Shown: positions 16,774 through 26,186 of the stretch, piece by piece
Position numbering within the stretch: position 1 is the stretch's first letter
Layout of the letters: every line of letters starts with the position of its first letter
Assembly: GCA_038113315.1 (NCBI GenBank)
Contig: JAYNOQ010000003.1
Location: 1 to 46,205, forward strand
Direction of reading: 5' to 3'
Source: Flammeovirgaceae bacterium
GTDB taxonomy: Bacteria > Bacteroidota > Bacteroidia > Cytophagales > MED-G16
Length of the DNA: 46,205 nucleotides
Translations under genes and position numbers: made by a program
The notes under the pieces: generated by a model
The model's database searches: none
Seen by the model: only the letters and a program-made list of their open reading frames with translations
What the model was told of the DNA's origin: nothing

Positions 16774-18731
16774 TTATTTAGTATTATATTATCTATGTAA
16801 TACTTTCCTTCGCTAAATTTTAATTCAATGATTTTAGTATTTTCTTCTAGGTTTATATTTAAAGTTGAAAAATTGATATCATTTCTTTTTTTGAATCTCT
16901 CCTCAGTTAGAAAATTAAACTTAAAATTATTTAGATCAATTTTAGTATTAAAAAGCTCAACTTTCGAAGAAGATAAATACTCATTTTTTTCATTATAAAA
17001 TTTTATAGTAAGATTAGATGCGTCATTTTCATTAGATAAGTCGATTGCAAATGATTTATTTTCTTTAATATCATCAATGTAAATTTTAAATGAACTAGAA
17101 TCTGATAGTTCTAGTTTAAGAGCTGAATTTTGTTGGTCCTTACCACCCCTGAATTTTAGTTTTTCAAGTTTTATTTCATTCAAATTATTAATTTCTAAAT
17201 TAGCACCATCGCCATTCAACATATCATCTTCTTCAAAATCAAATAGAATTTTAGAATCTCCAATTGCAGAGCTTGAAATCACTTTATAAAATTGACTATC
17301 ATTAATTGGATAATTAATGGATTTTTTTAATGTTTTTAATGATGTCTTATTTTTATTAAATGTATACTGTATAAAATTTACTAGATAAAACTTCAAAATT
17401 TTCCTTTGAAGCCATCCAGGAATTATTTTTGAGTGATTAACAAGTAATTTTCCAGGAAAACCAAAATCATGCTGACCCCACGAGGTATTGAACTGAGAGT
17501 GATTAGCTCCCTCAATTAAAATACCAACATTTACTAGGGGGGACTCATTCTCTAGTCTATTTGCTTGTCTAATACCAAAAAAACTTTCTTCGTCACTATC
17601 CATGCTACCTTGAACAGTTAAATAATTAACATTTTTTAAGTCATAATTTCTAAAGTATCGATAATCTGTAGGCGCTAGGGTAACTATTCCTTTTATATTA
17701 AAATTATAGTCAAATTTTACTTTGCCATTATCTGGAAACGTTTCTAGATCATTAAACTTTGTTGCTAAATTAACTGCTTCACCGCCTCTAGAATGACCCA
17801 TCACAATAATATTATCAAAATCTATTTTATTATAAAGACTTGAGGTTGAGTCATTATTTAATTTTTTAAGATATTTTAAATTTTCTAAAAAATGCCAAGC
17901 TCTGGTAGTCATCTCGCTTCCTCTGAAGTCTCCTGCCCATGAACCATTTAGAAAATTCTGATCAAGAGAATTAAATATATACCCATGTGATGATAAAAAT
18001 TCACCAAGGTAATTATATCCATCATCAGAAAATTCTTGCATGGAATGATTGCCATGAATTATTGAAATGATAGGATACTTCCCTTCTTTTTTTGGAATCC
18101 ATATTCTTCCATTTAAGGGTAAATTTTCTTTACTGAAGCTCCAATAATTTTCTCTCCATTTTATTTTTGACTGATTCCACTTTACATCAAGTATATCTGA
18201 TGCATCAATGTAATAAGAAATTATATCTGGATCTTGGTATTCTTTTCTATGATTATCTTCACCTGGTGAGTAAGTAAAATAAGAATACTCTTCATTTCCT
18301 TTTTGCACATCAAAGAGATTATTGGAGTCTATAATATGAAGCTGTTTCTCAGAAAAAAAGAAATATAATAATCCAAACAAGATGACTAGAAATACAAAAG
18401 ACTTGAAGACTGATCTTTTAAGAATAAAATAAATTGATAGAATTAAAATTAGAAGGCAGGGTAGATATATATAGCTTGGAAAGTAAGAAAAAATGGTTGA
18501 TTTAATAAATATTATTACAACTATAGAACTTAAATAGATTGGATTATAAGAAATAAGATCTAAAATTTTATATGCTAAAAAATAAATCCCGAATAGAATT
18601 AATAATACTAAAAGAAAAGAATAATTTCCAAAATTTAGAGCTCCTGTGTTAATACTAGAATAAAAAATTAAAATGATAGTCGTTAAAAAAAAAGACTTTT
18701 GAGTGTTATCTAAATTTTTATAAAATATCAT
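16770..18731 (-). CDS. membrane-anchored alpha/beta-fold serine hydrolase (GHSRGG nucleophile elbow; PAF-acetylhydrolase/chlorophyllase-like)
   Basis: 653 aa. The N-terminal ~125 aa form 4-5 transmembrane helices. A hydrolase core follows, with IIHGNHS and the G-x-S-x-G motif MGHSRGGEA. A ~150-aa C-terminal domain of unknown fold completes the protein. Confidence 0.6.
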   Translation of the reverse strand: MIFYKNLDNTQKSFFLTTIILIFYSSINTGALNFGNYSFLLVLLILFGIYFLAYKILDLISYNPIYLSSIVVIIFIKSTIFSYFPSYIYLPCLLILILSIYFILKRSVFKSFVFLVILFGLLYFFFSEKQLHIIDSNNLFDVQKGNEEYSYFTYSPGEDNHRKEYQDPDIISYYIDASDILDVKWNQSKIKWRENYWSFSKENLPLNGRIWIPKKEGKYPIISIIHGNHSMQEFSDDGYNYLGEFLSSHGYIFNSLDQNFLNGSWAGDFRGSEMTTRAWHFLENLKYLKKLNNDSTSSLYNKIDFDNIIVMGHSRGGEAVNLATKFNDLETFPDNGKVKFDYNFNIKGIVTLAPTDYRYFRNYDLKNVNYLTVQGSMDSDEESFFGIRQANRLENESPLVNVGILIEGANHSQFNTSWGQHDFGFPGKLLVNHSKIIPGWLQRKILKFYLVNFIQYTFNKNKTSLKTLKKSINYPINDSQFYKVISSSAIGDSKILFDFEEDDMLNGDGANLEINNLNEIKLEKLKFRGGKDQQNSALKLELSDSSSFKIYIDDIKENKSFAIDLSNENDASNLTIKFYNEKNEYLSSSKVELFNTKIDLNNFKFNFLTEERFKKRNDINFSTLNINLEENTKIIELKFSEGKYYIDNIILNN

Positions 18732-19609
18732 ATTAAACTATTATAAATTTCTAATGATAACTTAGCAAGCATATCAGCACCTTTAATATCATCTTCTAAA
18801 TTTTTTGAGAGAAGAACTAAGACATACTTTTGATTATTACTTGTATAAATAATTCCAGAATCATGCCTTACTCCATCAATCCACCCGTCTTTATGCGCTA
18901 CTTTAACTGATTTAGGAAGATATTTTGGAATGATATCATCATATTTTTGATTTTTTAAAATATCTACCATTTCCTCGGATTTTTCAAGACTAATAATTTC
19001 ACCTCTAGCTAATTTCTCATAAATAAAAAGAAGATCTAAAGCAGTAGTAGTATTGTTCATGCCCTTATCAAATGCCTTAATGTCTTCCACACCTCTAAGA
19101 ACATTAATATTTTTTGCTCCTAAAGATCTCATGGTATTATTTATCTCTTTAGAACCTATATAATCAATGACTAGATTAGTAGCAAAATTGCTACTGATAG
19201 TAATCATATCATATACTAGTTCTCTTAGAGTCAGATAACTCCCTATTTTCTCGTAGCTTTTTTTGTCACTGTCATCAAAAGAAGAAAGTTTAAAAACAGT
19301 CCCGTCATAAATGCTTCTAAATTCATTTTTAATAAGAATAGAGTCATCTAATGAAATGACTCCCTCAGTATCTTTTTTATATACTTCTATCATGACAGGG
19401 GTTTTCATGGTGCTTGCAGCATGAAATTCTTCATTTTCATTTATTAGTATAGTTTCCCCAGTATTGAGATTTTTATAAGCTACTGCAAATTCACCCTTTT
19501 CAGAGTTAATTAACCTAACTATTCTTTCCTCTAGGCTATCATAATGTTTAGTTTGATTACAAGAAAAAATAAAAAGTAAAATAAATAGAGTTAGGAAAAT
19601 GTTTTTCAT
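18728..19609 (-). CDS. class-A-beta-lactamase-fold serine hydrolase, lipoprotein
   Basis: S-x-x-K motif ASTMKTP, an SDN-like SSN and a KTG-like HKDG are present. It has a lipoprotein signal (FIFSC). I set the start at the ATG at 19609 (MKNIFLTLF...) rather than the upstream TTG at 19648. The stop overlaps the start of the downstream hydrolase (ATGA). Confidence 0.7.
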   Translation of the reverse strand: MKNIFLTLFILLFIFSCNQTKHYDSLEERIVRLINSEKGEFAVAYKNLNTGETILINENEEFHAASTMKTPVMIEVYKKDTEGVISLDDSILIKNEFRSIYDGTVFKLSSFDDSDKKSYEKIGSYLTLRELVYDMITISSNFATNLVIDYIGSKEINNTMRSLGAKNINVLRGVEDIKAFDKGMNNTTTALDLLFIYEKLARGEIISLEKSEEMVDILKNQKYDDIIPKYLPKSVKVAHKDGWIDGVRHDSGIIYTSNNQKYVLVLLSKNLEDDIKGADMLAKLSLEIYNSLI

Positions 19610-19669
19610 AGTGTTATTAAATACAATATAATTATTTTTAAAAATCAAATTTGAAATTAAATTTAAATT

Positions 19670-20800
19670 ATGAGATACACTCTTATTTTATTACTTCTTT
19701 CTTTTTCAATTAAGGCTCAAAAGTCTTACTTCCCTGGTAAAATATGGATAGAGAAATCACCTGAGTCACAAGGTTTAGATTCAAAAAAAATTTTAAATGC
19801 AATTGAATTTGCTAAGAAAAATGAAAATTCGGTAGATAAAGATTTAAGAATTTCTATTCTTAAATCCTTTGGTCATGAGCCAGAATACAGAATCAAAGGA
19901 CCAACAAAAAAAAGGGGAGAAACAAACGGTCTAATTATTAAGAATGGATATATAATAGGGAAGTGGGGAGATACAAAAAGAGTTGATATGACTTTTAGCG
20001 TTACAAAAAGCTACTTATCTACAGTAGCAGGAATTGCATACGATAGAAAATTAATTTCTTTAGATGATAATTTAAAAGATTACATATGGGACGGAAAGTT
20101 TGACGATCCTCATAATAGTCTGATAACTTGGCACCATCTTCTGAATCAATCTTCTCAGTGGTCAGGTGAACTTTTTGGTACATACGATTGGGCAGATAGA
20201 CCACCAAGAGGACTTTCTCTTGAGGAAATTAAGAAGCAGAAAATTTTATCTCCAGGTAAGGCATACAAGTACAATGATGTTAGAGTGAACTTACTCTCTT
20301 ACTCACTTCTTAATGTATTTAGAAAACCTTTACCAGTTGTCTTAAAAGAAAATATTATGGATCCAATTGATGCTTCTCCTACTTGGAGATGGTTCGGTTA
20401 TGATAACTCAATGGTAATAGTAGATGGCATAAATGTACAGTCAGTAAGTGGTGGTGGTCACTTTGGTGGTGGTATATTTATTAATTCTGAGGACCACGCC
20501 AGGTTTGGATTACTTTTTTTACGAGATGGGGTATGGGGTGGTGAAAGACTTTTATCATCTGAATGGATTGAAAAAATAAGAGTTCCATCTAAAAATAATC
20601 CTTCTTATGGATACATGTGGTGGCTTAACCGTGGAAATCGTAAATGGGATGGATTACCAGAAAACATATACTATGGATCTGGATTTGGCGGAAATTACGT
20701 CATAGTAATTCCAGATAATGATTTAGTTATTGTAGCTAGATGGCTTGATTCATCTAAGATTGGAGAGTTTGTGAGAAAAGTTGTTGAATCTGTTAATTGA
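19670..20800 (+). CDS. beta-lactamase/transpeptidase-fold serine hydrolase (class-C/esterase-like), secreted
   Basis: 376 aa with a Sec signal. The S-x-x-K motif is FSVTKS. The rest resembles the generic 'serine hydrolase' family. Confidence 0.65.
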   Translation: MRYTLILLLLSFSIKAQKSYFPGKIWIEKSPESQGLDSKKILNAIEFAKKNENSVDKDLRISILKSFGHEPEYRIKGPTKKRGETNGLIIKNGYIIGKWGDTKRVDMTFSVTKSYLSTVAGIAYDRKLISLDDNLKDYIWDGKFDDPHNSLITWHHLLNQSSQWSGELFGTYDWADRPPRGLSLEEIKKQKILSPGKAYKYNDVRVNLLSYSLLNVFRKPLPVVLKENIMDPIDASPTWRWFGYDNSMVIVDGINVQSVSGGGHFGGGIFINSEDHARFGLLFLRDGVWGGERLLSSEWIEKIRVPSKNNPSYGYMWWLNRGNRKWDGLPENIYYGSGFGGNYVIVIPDNDLVIVARWLDSSKIGEFVRKVVESVN

Positions 20801-20805
20801 TTTTA

Positions 20806-21252
20806 ATGTTCAAAAAAAAAGTAATAAAAATTATATCAAATTCACTAAATGAAAAGATAAAAATTCTTGAAAAGGAGTTGAAACAAATTAATTATGAAAA
20901 AAACAATCTGACTAAAAGCAGCGCGGGAGATAAATACGAGACTTCAAGATCTTCAATGCAAATAGAGTATGATAAATTAAATTCTAACTTACAAAATTTA
21001 AAAATTAATCTAAATAAAATTAATTTGATAGACTCATATAAGAAGTATAAAAAAGTTGCATACGGAGCTTTAGTGAAAACAAAATCATCATACTATTTAA
21101 TTAGTGTAGGCTTGGGAAAATTTATAATTGAAGGTAAAAATATTTTTATAATTTCTTTATCATCCCCAGTAGGTAAAAGTTTATTTGATAAGAAAAAAGA
21201 AGAATCAATTATTATCAACGATATTGAAGATGAAATAATTGAAATCTTTTAA
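20806..21252 (+). CDS. small coiled-coil protein with GreA/GreB-C-terminal-like domain (family often mis-annotated as 3-oxoacyl-ACP synthase)
   Basis: The SSAGDKYETSRSSMQIEYDKL motif and a C-terminal beta-rich domain recall a conserved Bacteroidota family. The ATG at 20806 is preferred over the ORF-track TTG at 20797. Confidence 0.4.
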   Translation: MFKKKVIKIISNSLNEKIKILEKELKQINYEKNNLTKSSAGDKYETSRSSMQIEYDKLNSNLQNLKINLNKINLIDSYKKYKKVAYGALVKTKSSYYLISVGLGKFIIEGKNIFIISLSSPVGKSLFDKKKEESIIINDIEDEIIEIF

Positions 21253-21260
21253 ATTTAATT

Positions 21261-21821
21261 ATGAAAAAATTAATTTTTTTATTTCTAATAACCTTAAGTT
21301 GTTCGACATCTAATAATAACAACGAAGGTCATGCTAATCATGCCATAAATGATAAAAATCAAAATAGTTTAAGTCCACATACTGTTGCCATGGCTATGGT
21401 TGGAGGTGCACATATACATATAGATTACTCTTCACCTAGTGTGAGGAATAGAATTATTTTTGGAGGGCTGCTTGCTTATGATGAGATTTGGCAATCTGGT
21501 GCTCATAATGCTACATGGATTGAAACAGATTATGATTTATTAGTTAATGGTAATAAATTAAAAAAGGGAAGATATGGTTTTTTTACTATACCAAGTAGAG
21601 GTGATTGGACTGTAATTTTTAATAAAAATTGGGAACAACATGGTAAAGATGAATATGATCAAAAAGATGATGTGTTAAGATTCAAAGTAAAACCGATAAT
21701 CTTAAATGATATAGTGGAAAGTCTAAAATATGATGTTGATGAGATTGATGAAAATAATGGCTTAATATCATTGAGCTGGGAAAAATCAAAGATTACAATT
21801 CCTTTCGAGATAAAACGGTAA
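21261..21821 (+). CDS. DUF2911 family lipoprotein
   Basis: 186 aa with a lipoprotein signal (TLSC). SPHTVAMAMVGGAHIHIDYSSPSVRNRIIFGGLLAYDEIWQSGAHNATWIE...GRYGFFTIPSRGDWTVIFNKNW matches the DUF2911 pattern. Confidence 0.7.
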   Translation: MKKLIFLFLITLSCSTSNNNNEGHANHAINDKNQNSLSPHTVAMAMVGGAHIHIDYSSPSVRNRIIFGGLLAYDEIWQSGAHNATWIETDYDLLVNGNKLKKGRYGFFTIPSRGDWTVIFNKNWEQHGKDEYDQKDDVLRFKVKPIILNDIVESLKYDVDEIDENNGLISLSWEKSKITIPFEIKR

Positions 21822-21866
21822 AAATCTTAATTTGAATATTTAAGTAGATATCGGTAGATTAGGAAT

Positions 21867-24281
21867 ATGAAAAAAATTTTACTCTTAATCGTATCAATTA
21901 ATTACTCACTTTTCTCACAGGAATATAAAATTCCACCTGAAGTTATAAAGAATCTAGTTGAGGCAGATCCTCAACCAACTCTAAGTTTGAATAATAAAGG
22001 AACGTTAGGACTAATAATAAAAAGAGATGGTTATCAGTCGATTTCTGACTTAGCAAAAGATGAGTTAAGAATAGCAGGAACTAGACTCGATCCTGTTAGA
22101 TATACCTCATCTAGAATGACATATTACAAATCCTTTTCACTTATCGATATAAAATCCGCAAATGAAATTGATGTAAATTATCCCGAAAATGGAAAATTCT
22201 CATATTTTACTTGGTCTCCTGACGAGAAAAAAATCGCATATACAAATACTACAGGTGATGGGGTAGAGCTTTGGGTTTTAGATATTGATTCAAGAAAATC
22301 TTCACGTTTATCTGATGTGCTGATAAATGATATAAATGTAAAACCATTCCAATGGTTTAATTCAAGTAATGATATTCTTATCAGCTTAAAGTGTAATAAA
22401 GAAAAACCTATTATAAGTAAAATACCTTCAGGACCAATTATTCAAGAGACTAATAATCAAAATGCACCCTCGAGGACATATCAAGACTTAATAAAAAATA
22501 AAAATGAAGAGATTTTATTTGAACATTTTTCATGCATCTCCCTAGTTAAGGTTTCTTTAGATTTAAAAGAGGTGTCTTTGATAAAAAAGGGAATGATTAA
22601 GGAATACGATCTATCTCCTGATAATAACTTTTTAATGACTAAAACTATAAATAAACCTTTTTCATATTTAGTTCCATATTATAGATTCCCATATTCTGTA
22701 GATGTGATTAATTTAGAGAGTGGCTCATCAACTTTAATAGCTGATATTCCTCTAGATGAGGTTAGACCTAAAGGTTTTGATGCGACAAGAAAAGGTGTTA
22801 GATCTGTATCATGGAGAAATGATATTGGAAGTGAACTTTACTGGGTTGAGGCAAATGATGAAGGAGATCCAAAAAATAATGTTACATATAGAGATATCAT
22901 TTATACTTTATCAAATCCATTTAAAGGTGAAAAAAAGGAATTACACAAGACTAAACTTAGATTTAGAAATATAAGGTGGTCAGACACAGGTCATGCTTTA
23001 GTCTCAGAGAGATTTTGGAAAAACAGAAGTGAAATTACATCACTTATTAATACAAGATCTAGGACTTTAGAAAAAGTTTTATTTGACAGGAAGTATGATG
23101 ATATATATTCAGATCCTGGCTCTCCAATTTTAACTAAAAATAATTTTGGTAGAAATATCTTTCAAATTAGAAAAAATTCAATTTTAATGATAGGACAAGG
23201 TGGATCTCCTGAAGGTTACAGACCATTTTTAAGCTCATTTAATACCAAGAGTCTTGATAGAAAAATAATATTCAGATCTGAAGCTCCTTATTACGAGAGA
23301 CCAATTAAATTATATGCCCATAATGAAAAAATAATTATAACATCAAGAGAATCTATCAATGAAAACCCTAATTATTTTTTAAGAAATGTTCAATCAAACA
23401 CTTTAAATCAAATTACTAACTTTACAAATCCCTATAAAAAATTAGAAGATCTTAAAAAAGAAGTAATTAATTATAAAAGGAAAGATGGAATTGATTTAAG
23501 TTCAATAGTTTATACTTTAAAATCTTATAATCCTGAAAATGAAGGCAGATTACCTGTTTTAATTTGGGCCTATCCAAGAGAATACACATCTAAAAAGGTA
23601 GCAAGTCAAGTTAGGAATTCACCGTATAGATTTACAAGAATTAGTTATGGTTCTCCAATTTTTTGGGCATTAAGAGGTTATGCAGTTATGGCTAGTACTG
23701 AAATGCCAATTGTTGGTTTTGATGGAGATCAGCCAAATGATTCCTTCAGGAAACAATTAGTTATGAATGCTGAGGCAGCTATTAATAAAATTGTAGATAT
23801 GGGAATTGGAGATAGATACAGAGTTGGAGTAGGAGGTCATTCTTATGGTGCTTTTATGACGGCAAATTTATTGGCACATTCTGATTTATTTGCAGCTGGA
23901 ATAGCTAGAAGTGGTGCTTATAATAGGACTTTAACTCCATTTGGTTTTCAAAGAGAGGAAAGAACATATTGGGAGGCACCGGAATTATATAATTATATGT
24001 CACCATTTATGCATGCAGATAAAGTAAATGAGCCAATATTATTAATTCATGGGGAAGAAGATAATAATTCGGGCACGTTTCCAATACAAAGTGTTAGATT
24101 TTATAATGCAATTAAAGGTCACGGTGGAACATCAAAGTTAGTGATGCTCCCTAAAGAAAGTCATGGTTATAGAGCTAAAGAATCAATTTTACATACATTG
24201 TATGAGATGGATTCATGGCTTGAGAAATTTGTTAAAAATAAAAATATAAAACCAGAAGATACTGATGTTAAAATAAACTAG
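21867..24281 (+). CDS. S9 family serine peptidase (prolyl oligopeptidase / glutamyl-endopeptidase-like), secreted
   Basis: 804 aa with a Sec signal. An N-terminal beta-propeller-like region is followed by a C-terminal alpha/beta hydrolase domain. The nucleophile motif is GGHSYGAFM, with later D and H residues (LIHGEEDNN, ESHGY). Confidence 0.8.
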   Translation: MKKILLLIVSINYSLFSQEYKIPPEVIKNLVEADPQPTLSLNNKGTLGLIIKRDGYQSISDLAKDELRIAGTRLDPVRYTSSRMTYYKSFSLIDIKSANEIDVNYPENGKFSYFTWSPDEKKIAYTNTTGDGVELWVLDIDSRKSSRLSDVLINDINVKPFQWFNSSNDILISLKCNKEKPIISKIPSGPIIQETNNQNAPSRTYQDLIKNKNEEILFEHFSCISLVKVSLDLKEVSLIKKGMIKEYDLSPDNNFLMTKTINKPFSYLVPYYRFPYSVDVINLESGSSTLIADIPLDEVRPKGFDATRKGVRSVSWRNDIGSELYWVEANDEGDPKNNVTYRDIIYTLSNPFKGEKKELHKTKLRFRNIRWSDTGHALVSERFWKNRSEITSLINTRSRTLEKVLFDRKYDDIYSDPGSPILTKNNFGRNIFQIRKNSILMIGQGGSPEGYRPFLSSFNTKSLDRKIIFRSEAPYYERPIKLYAHNEKIIITSRESINENPNYFLRNVQSNTLNQITNFTNPYKKLEDLKKEVINYKRKDGIDLSSIVYTLKSYNPENEGRLPVLIWAYPREYTSKKVASQVRNSPYRFTRISYGSPIFWALRGYAVMASTEMPIVGFDGDQPNDSFRKQLVMNAEAAINKIVDMGIGDRYRVGVGGHSYGAFMTANLLAHSDLFAAGIARSGAYNRTLTPFGFQREERTYWEAPELYNYMSPFMHADKVNEPILLIHGEEDNNSGTFPIQSVRFYNAIKGHGGTSKLVMLPKESHGYRAKESILHTLYEMDSWLEKFVKNKNIKPEDTDVKIN

Positions 24282-24297
24282 ATGTTTCTATTTTATT

Positions 24298-24780
24298 ATG
24301 ATTAAAAACATATTATTCATATTCTTTTTTGTTGTATTAAATTCTTGTTCTAAAAAAGAAAAATTACACATAAGTGAAACTCAATCTATGATTGATGATA
24401 TGTTTGATCAATATTTTGAAGCTTTTAGTAATAAAGAATTTGAGAAAATTTTAGATAAATATTATGATATACCTTTCATAATTTATGATCAAAATAATAC
24501 TATAATATTAAACAATAGAAATGAGTTGTTATCATTTTTAGAAAATGCATCTAATCAGTTAGGTAAAGAAAATTACGGTTATTCTAAAACAAATTTTTTT
24601 GAAGAATTCAGGGAAGATAATAATTTAATAATTCTTGAGATGAATTATACTAGATATAAAAAAGATGGATCTGTAATGGGAAATAAAGAAATGACAGCAA
24701 CATATGTTTTGAGAAAAAGTGATGAAAATTATAAGGTTATCTCTTTAATACCACATTCTTCATTAATAAATAATAAATGA
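24298..24780 (+). CDS. hypothetical lipoprotein (possibly NTF2/SnoaL-like fold)
   Basis: 160 aa with a lipoprotein signal (VLNSC). The stop overlaps the start of the downstream sulfatase (ATGA). Confidence 0.45.
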   Translation: MIKNILFIFFFVVLNSCSKKEKLHISETQSMIDDMFDQYFEAFSNKEFEKILDKYYDIPFIIYDQNNTIILNNRNELLSFLENASNQLGKENYGYSKTNFFEEFREDNNLIILEMNYTRYKKDGSVMGNKEMTATYVLRKSDENYKVISLIPHSSLINNK

Positions 24781-26186
24781 TGATAAATAAATTTATTCTC
24801 TCTTTATTTATTGTTTCCTCTTTCTTTTCTTGTACCAATGATAATCCTCCTAATATCATAATTATAATTAGTGATGATCAGGGTTATGCTGATGTTGGAT
24901 TCCATGGCAGTGAAGAAATTTTTACTCCCAATATTGATAGAATTGCTGAAAATGGTGTTGTTTTTCCACAAGGGTATGTATCCTTTGCAGTATGTTCTCC
25001 CAGTAGAGCAGGTTTAATTACTGGAAGATATCAAAATAGATTTGGGTATTCTAGAAATATATTACTAGCTCCTAAGGATTCCTTGATGGGACTCCCTTTA
25101 TCAGAACAGACTATTCCTGATGTTCTTAATAAAGTAAATTATAGAACTAAGGCTATAGGTAAATGGCATTTAGGAGCTCATGAATCTTTAGTTCCTGAGA
25201 GTAGAGGTTTTGACGAATTTTATGGATTTTTAATAGGGGGTCATAGATATTTTCCTGAAGATTTAACTATCAATGATTTGACTGAAGCGGGAAGACAGAT
25301 GGATGGTTATATCACTAAAATTTATGATAACGGTAAGAGAATTAATACTAAAAAATATTTAACTGAGGAATTATCTGATAATGCAGTAAAATTCATTGAA
25401 AATAATTCAGATAATCCTTTTTTCTTATATCTATCATATAATGCTCCACATACACCCTTGCAGGCTACTAAAAAAGATTTGGATAGAAATAAACATATAG
25501 ATATTGAAAAAAGAAGAACTTATGCTGCTATGGTATCGTCAATGGATGATGGAATTGGTTTAATTTTAGATAAACTAGAAGAGAAAAATATATTAGATAA
25601 TACTATAGTGGTTTTCTTTTCAGATAATGGAGGGGTAGAGTGGTATAATTTCTCAGATAATGGTGTTTTAAGAGGTATTAAGGGAGATTTTTTTGAAGGA
25701 GGTATTAGAGTTCCTTTCACAATGCAATGGCCAAATAAAATCAAAGCAGGTATAAAATATGATAAACCAATTATCGCATTAGACATTTTTGCTACTGCAG
25801 CAGCAGCAGCATCTGCAGAAAAGTATATTAAAAATGAAATAGATGGTGTAGATCTACTACCATATATAAATGGAGAAAAAAAAGGACTGCCTCATGAGTA
25901 TTTATTTTGGCAGAATCCTGATAAAGATATTGATGTTATAAGAGATGAGAGATATAAATATATTAGAGTAAAAGAAGAAGAATTTATTTTTGATTTATTA
26001 AATGACATTAGTGAGGAGAATAATATTATTTCTACCTCACAAAATATTTATAATAGACTTAAATCTAAATTTAAAGAGTGGGAGAAAGATATGATAGATC
26101 CAGTATTTATGGATTTAAGAATGGGAAAAGAATATGATAAACTGAATCCAGATAGATGGTATAACTCTAATCAAGAAAAACAGTAA
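24777..26186 (+). CDS. formylglycine-dependent sulfatase (arylsulfatase family), lipoprotein
   Basis: 469 aa with a lipoprotein signal (SFFSC) and SDDQGYAD. The C-x-P-x-R motif is CSPSRAGLITGRY, with Cys73 at codon 24993..24995. SDNGG lies downstream. Confidence 0.85.
   Translation: MMINKFILSLFIVSSFFSCTNDNPPNIIIIISDDQGYADVGFHGSEEIFTPNIDRIAENGVVFPQGYVSFAVCSPSRAGLITGRYQNRFGYSRNILLAPKDSLMGLPLSEQTIPDVLNKVNYRTKAIGKWHLGAHESLVPESRGFDEFYGFLIGGHRYFPEDLTINDLTEAGRQMDGYITKIYDNGKRINTKKYLTEELSDNAVKFIENNSDNPFFLYLSYNAPHTPLQATKKDLDRNKHIDIEKRRTYAAMVSSMDDGIGLILDKLEEKNILDNTIVVFFSDNGGVEWYNFSDNGVLRGIKGDFFEGGIRVPFTMQWPNKIKAGIKYDKPIIALDIFATAAAAASAEKYIKNEIDGVDLLPYINGEKKGLPHEYLFWQNPDKDIDVIRDERYKYIRVKEEEFIFDLLNDISEENNIISTSQNIYNRLKSKFKEWEKDMIDPVFMDLRMGKEYDKLNPDRWYNSNQEKQ

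Noticed and set aside
19610-19648. TTG-initiated extension of the class-A-like hydrolase, and similarly the TTG at 20797 for the GreA-like protein
   Set aside because: The downstream ATGs at 19609 and 20806 give canonical starts. For the hydrolase, the ATG gives a proper lipoprotein signal. The extensions add residues ahead of the signal peptide.
25797-25811. (GCA)5 trinucleotide repeat
   Set aside because: It is in frame within sulfatase 2 and encodes a short poly-Ala stretch (TAAAAAS). It is too short to count as a meaningful repeat element.
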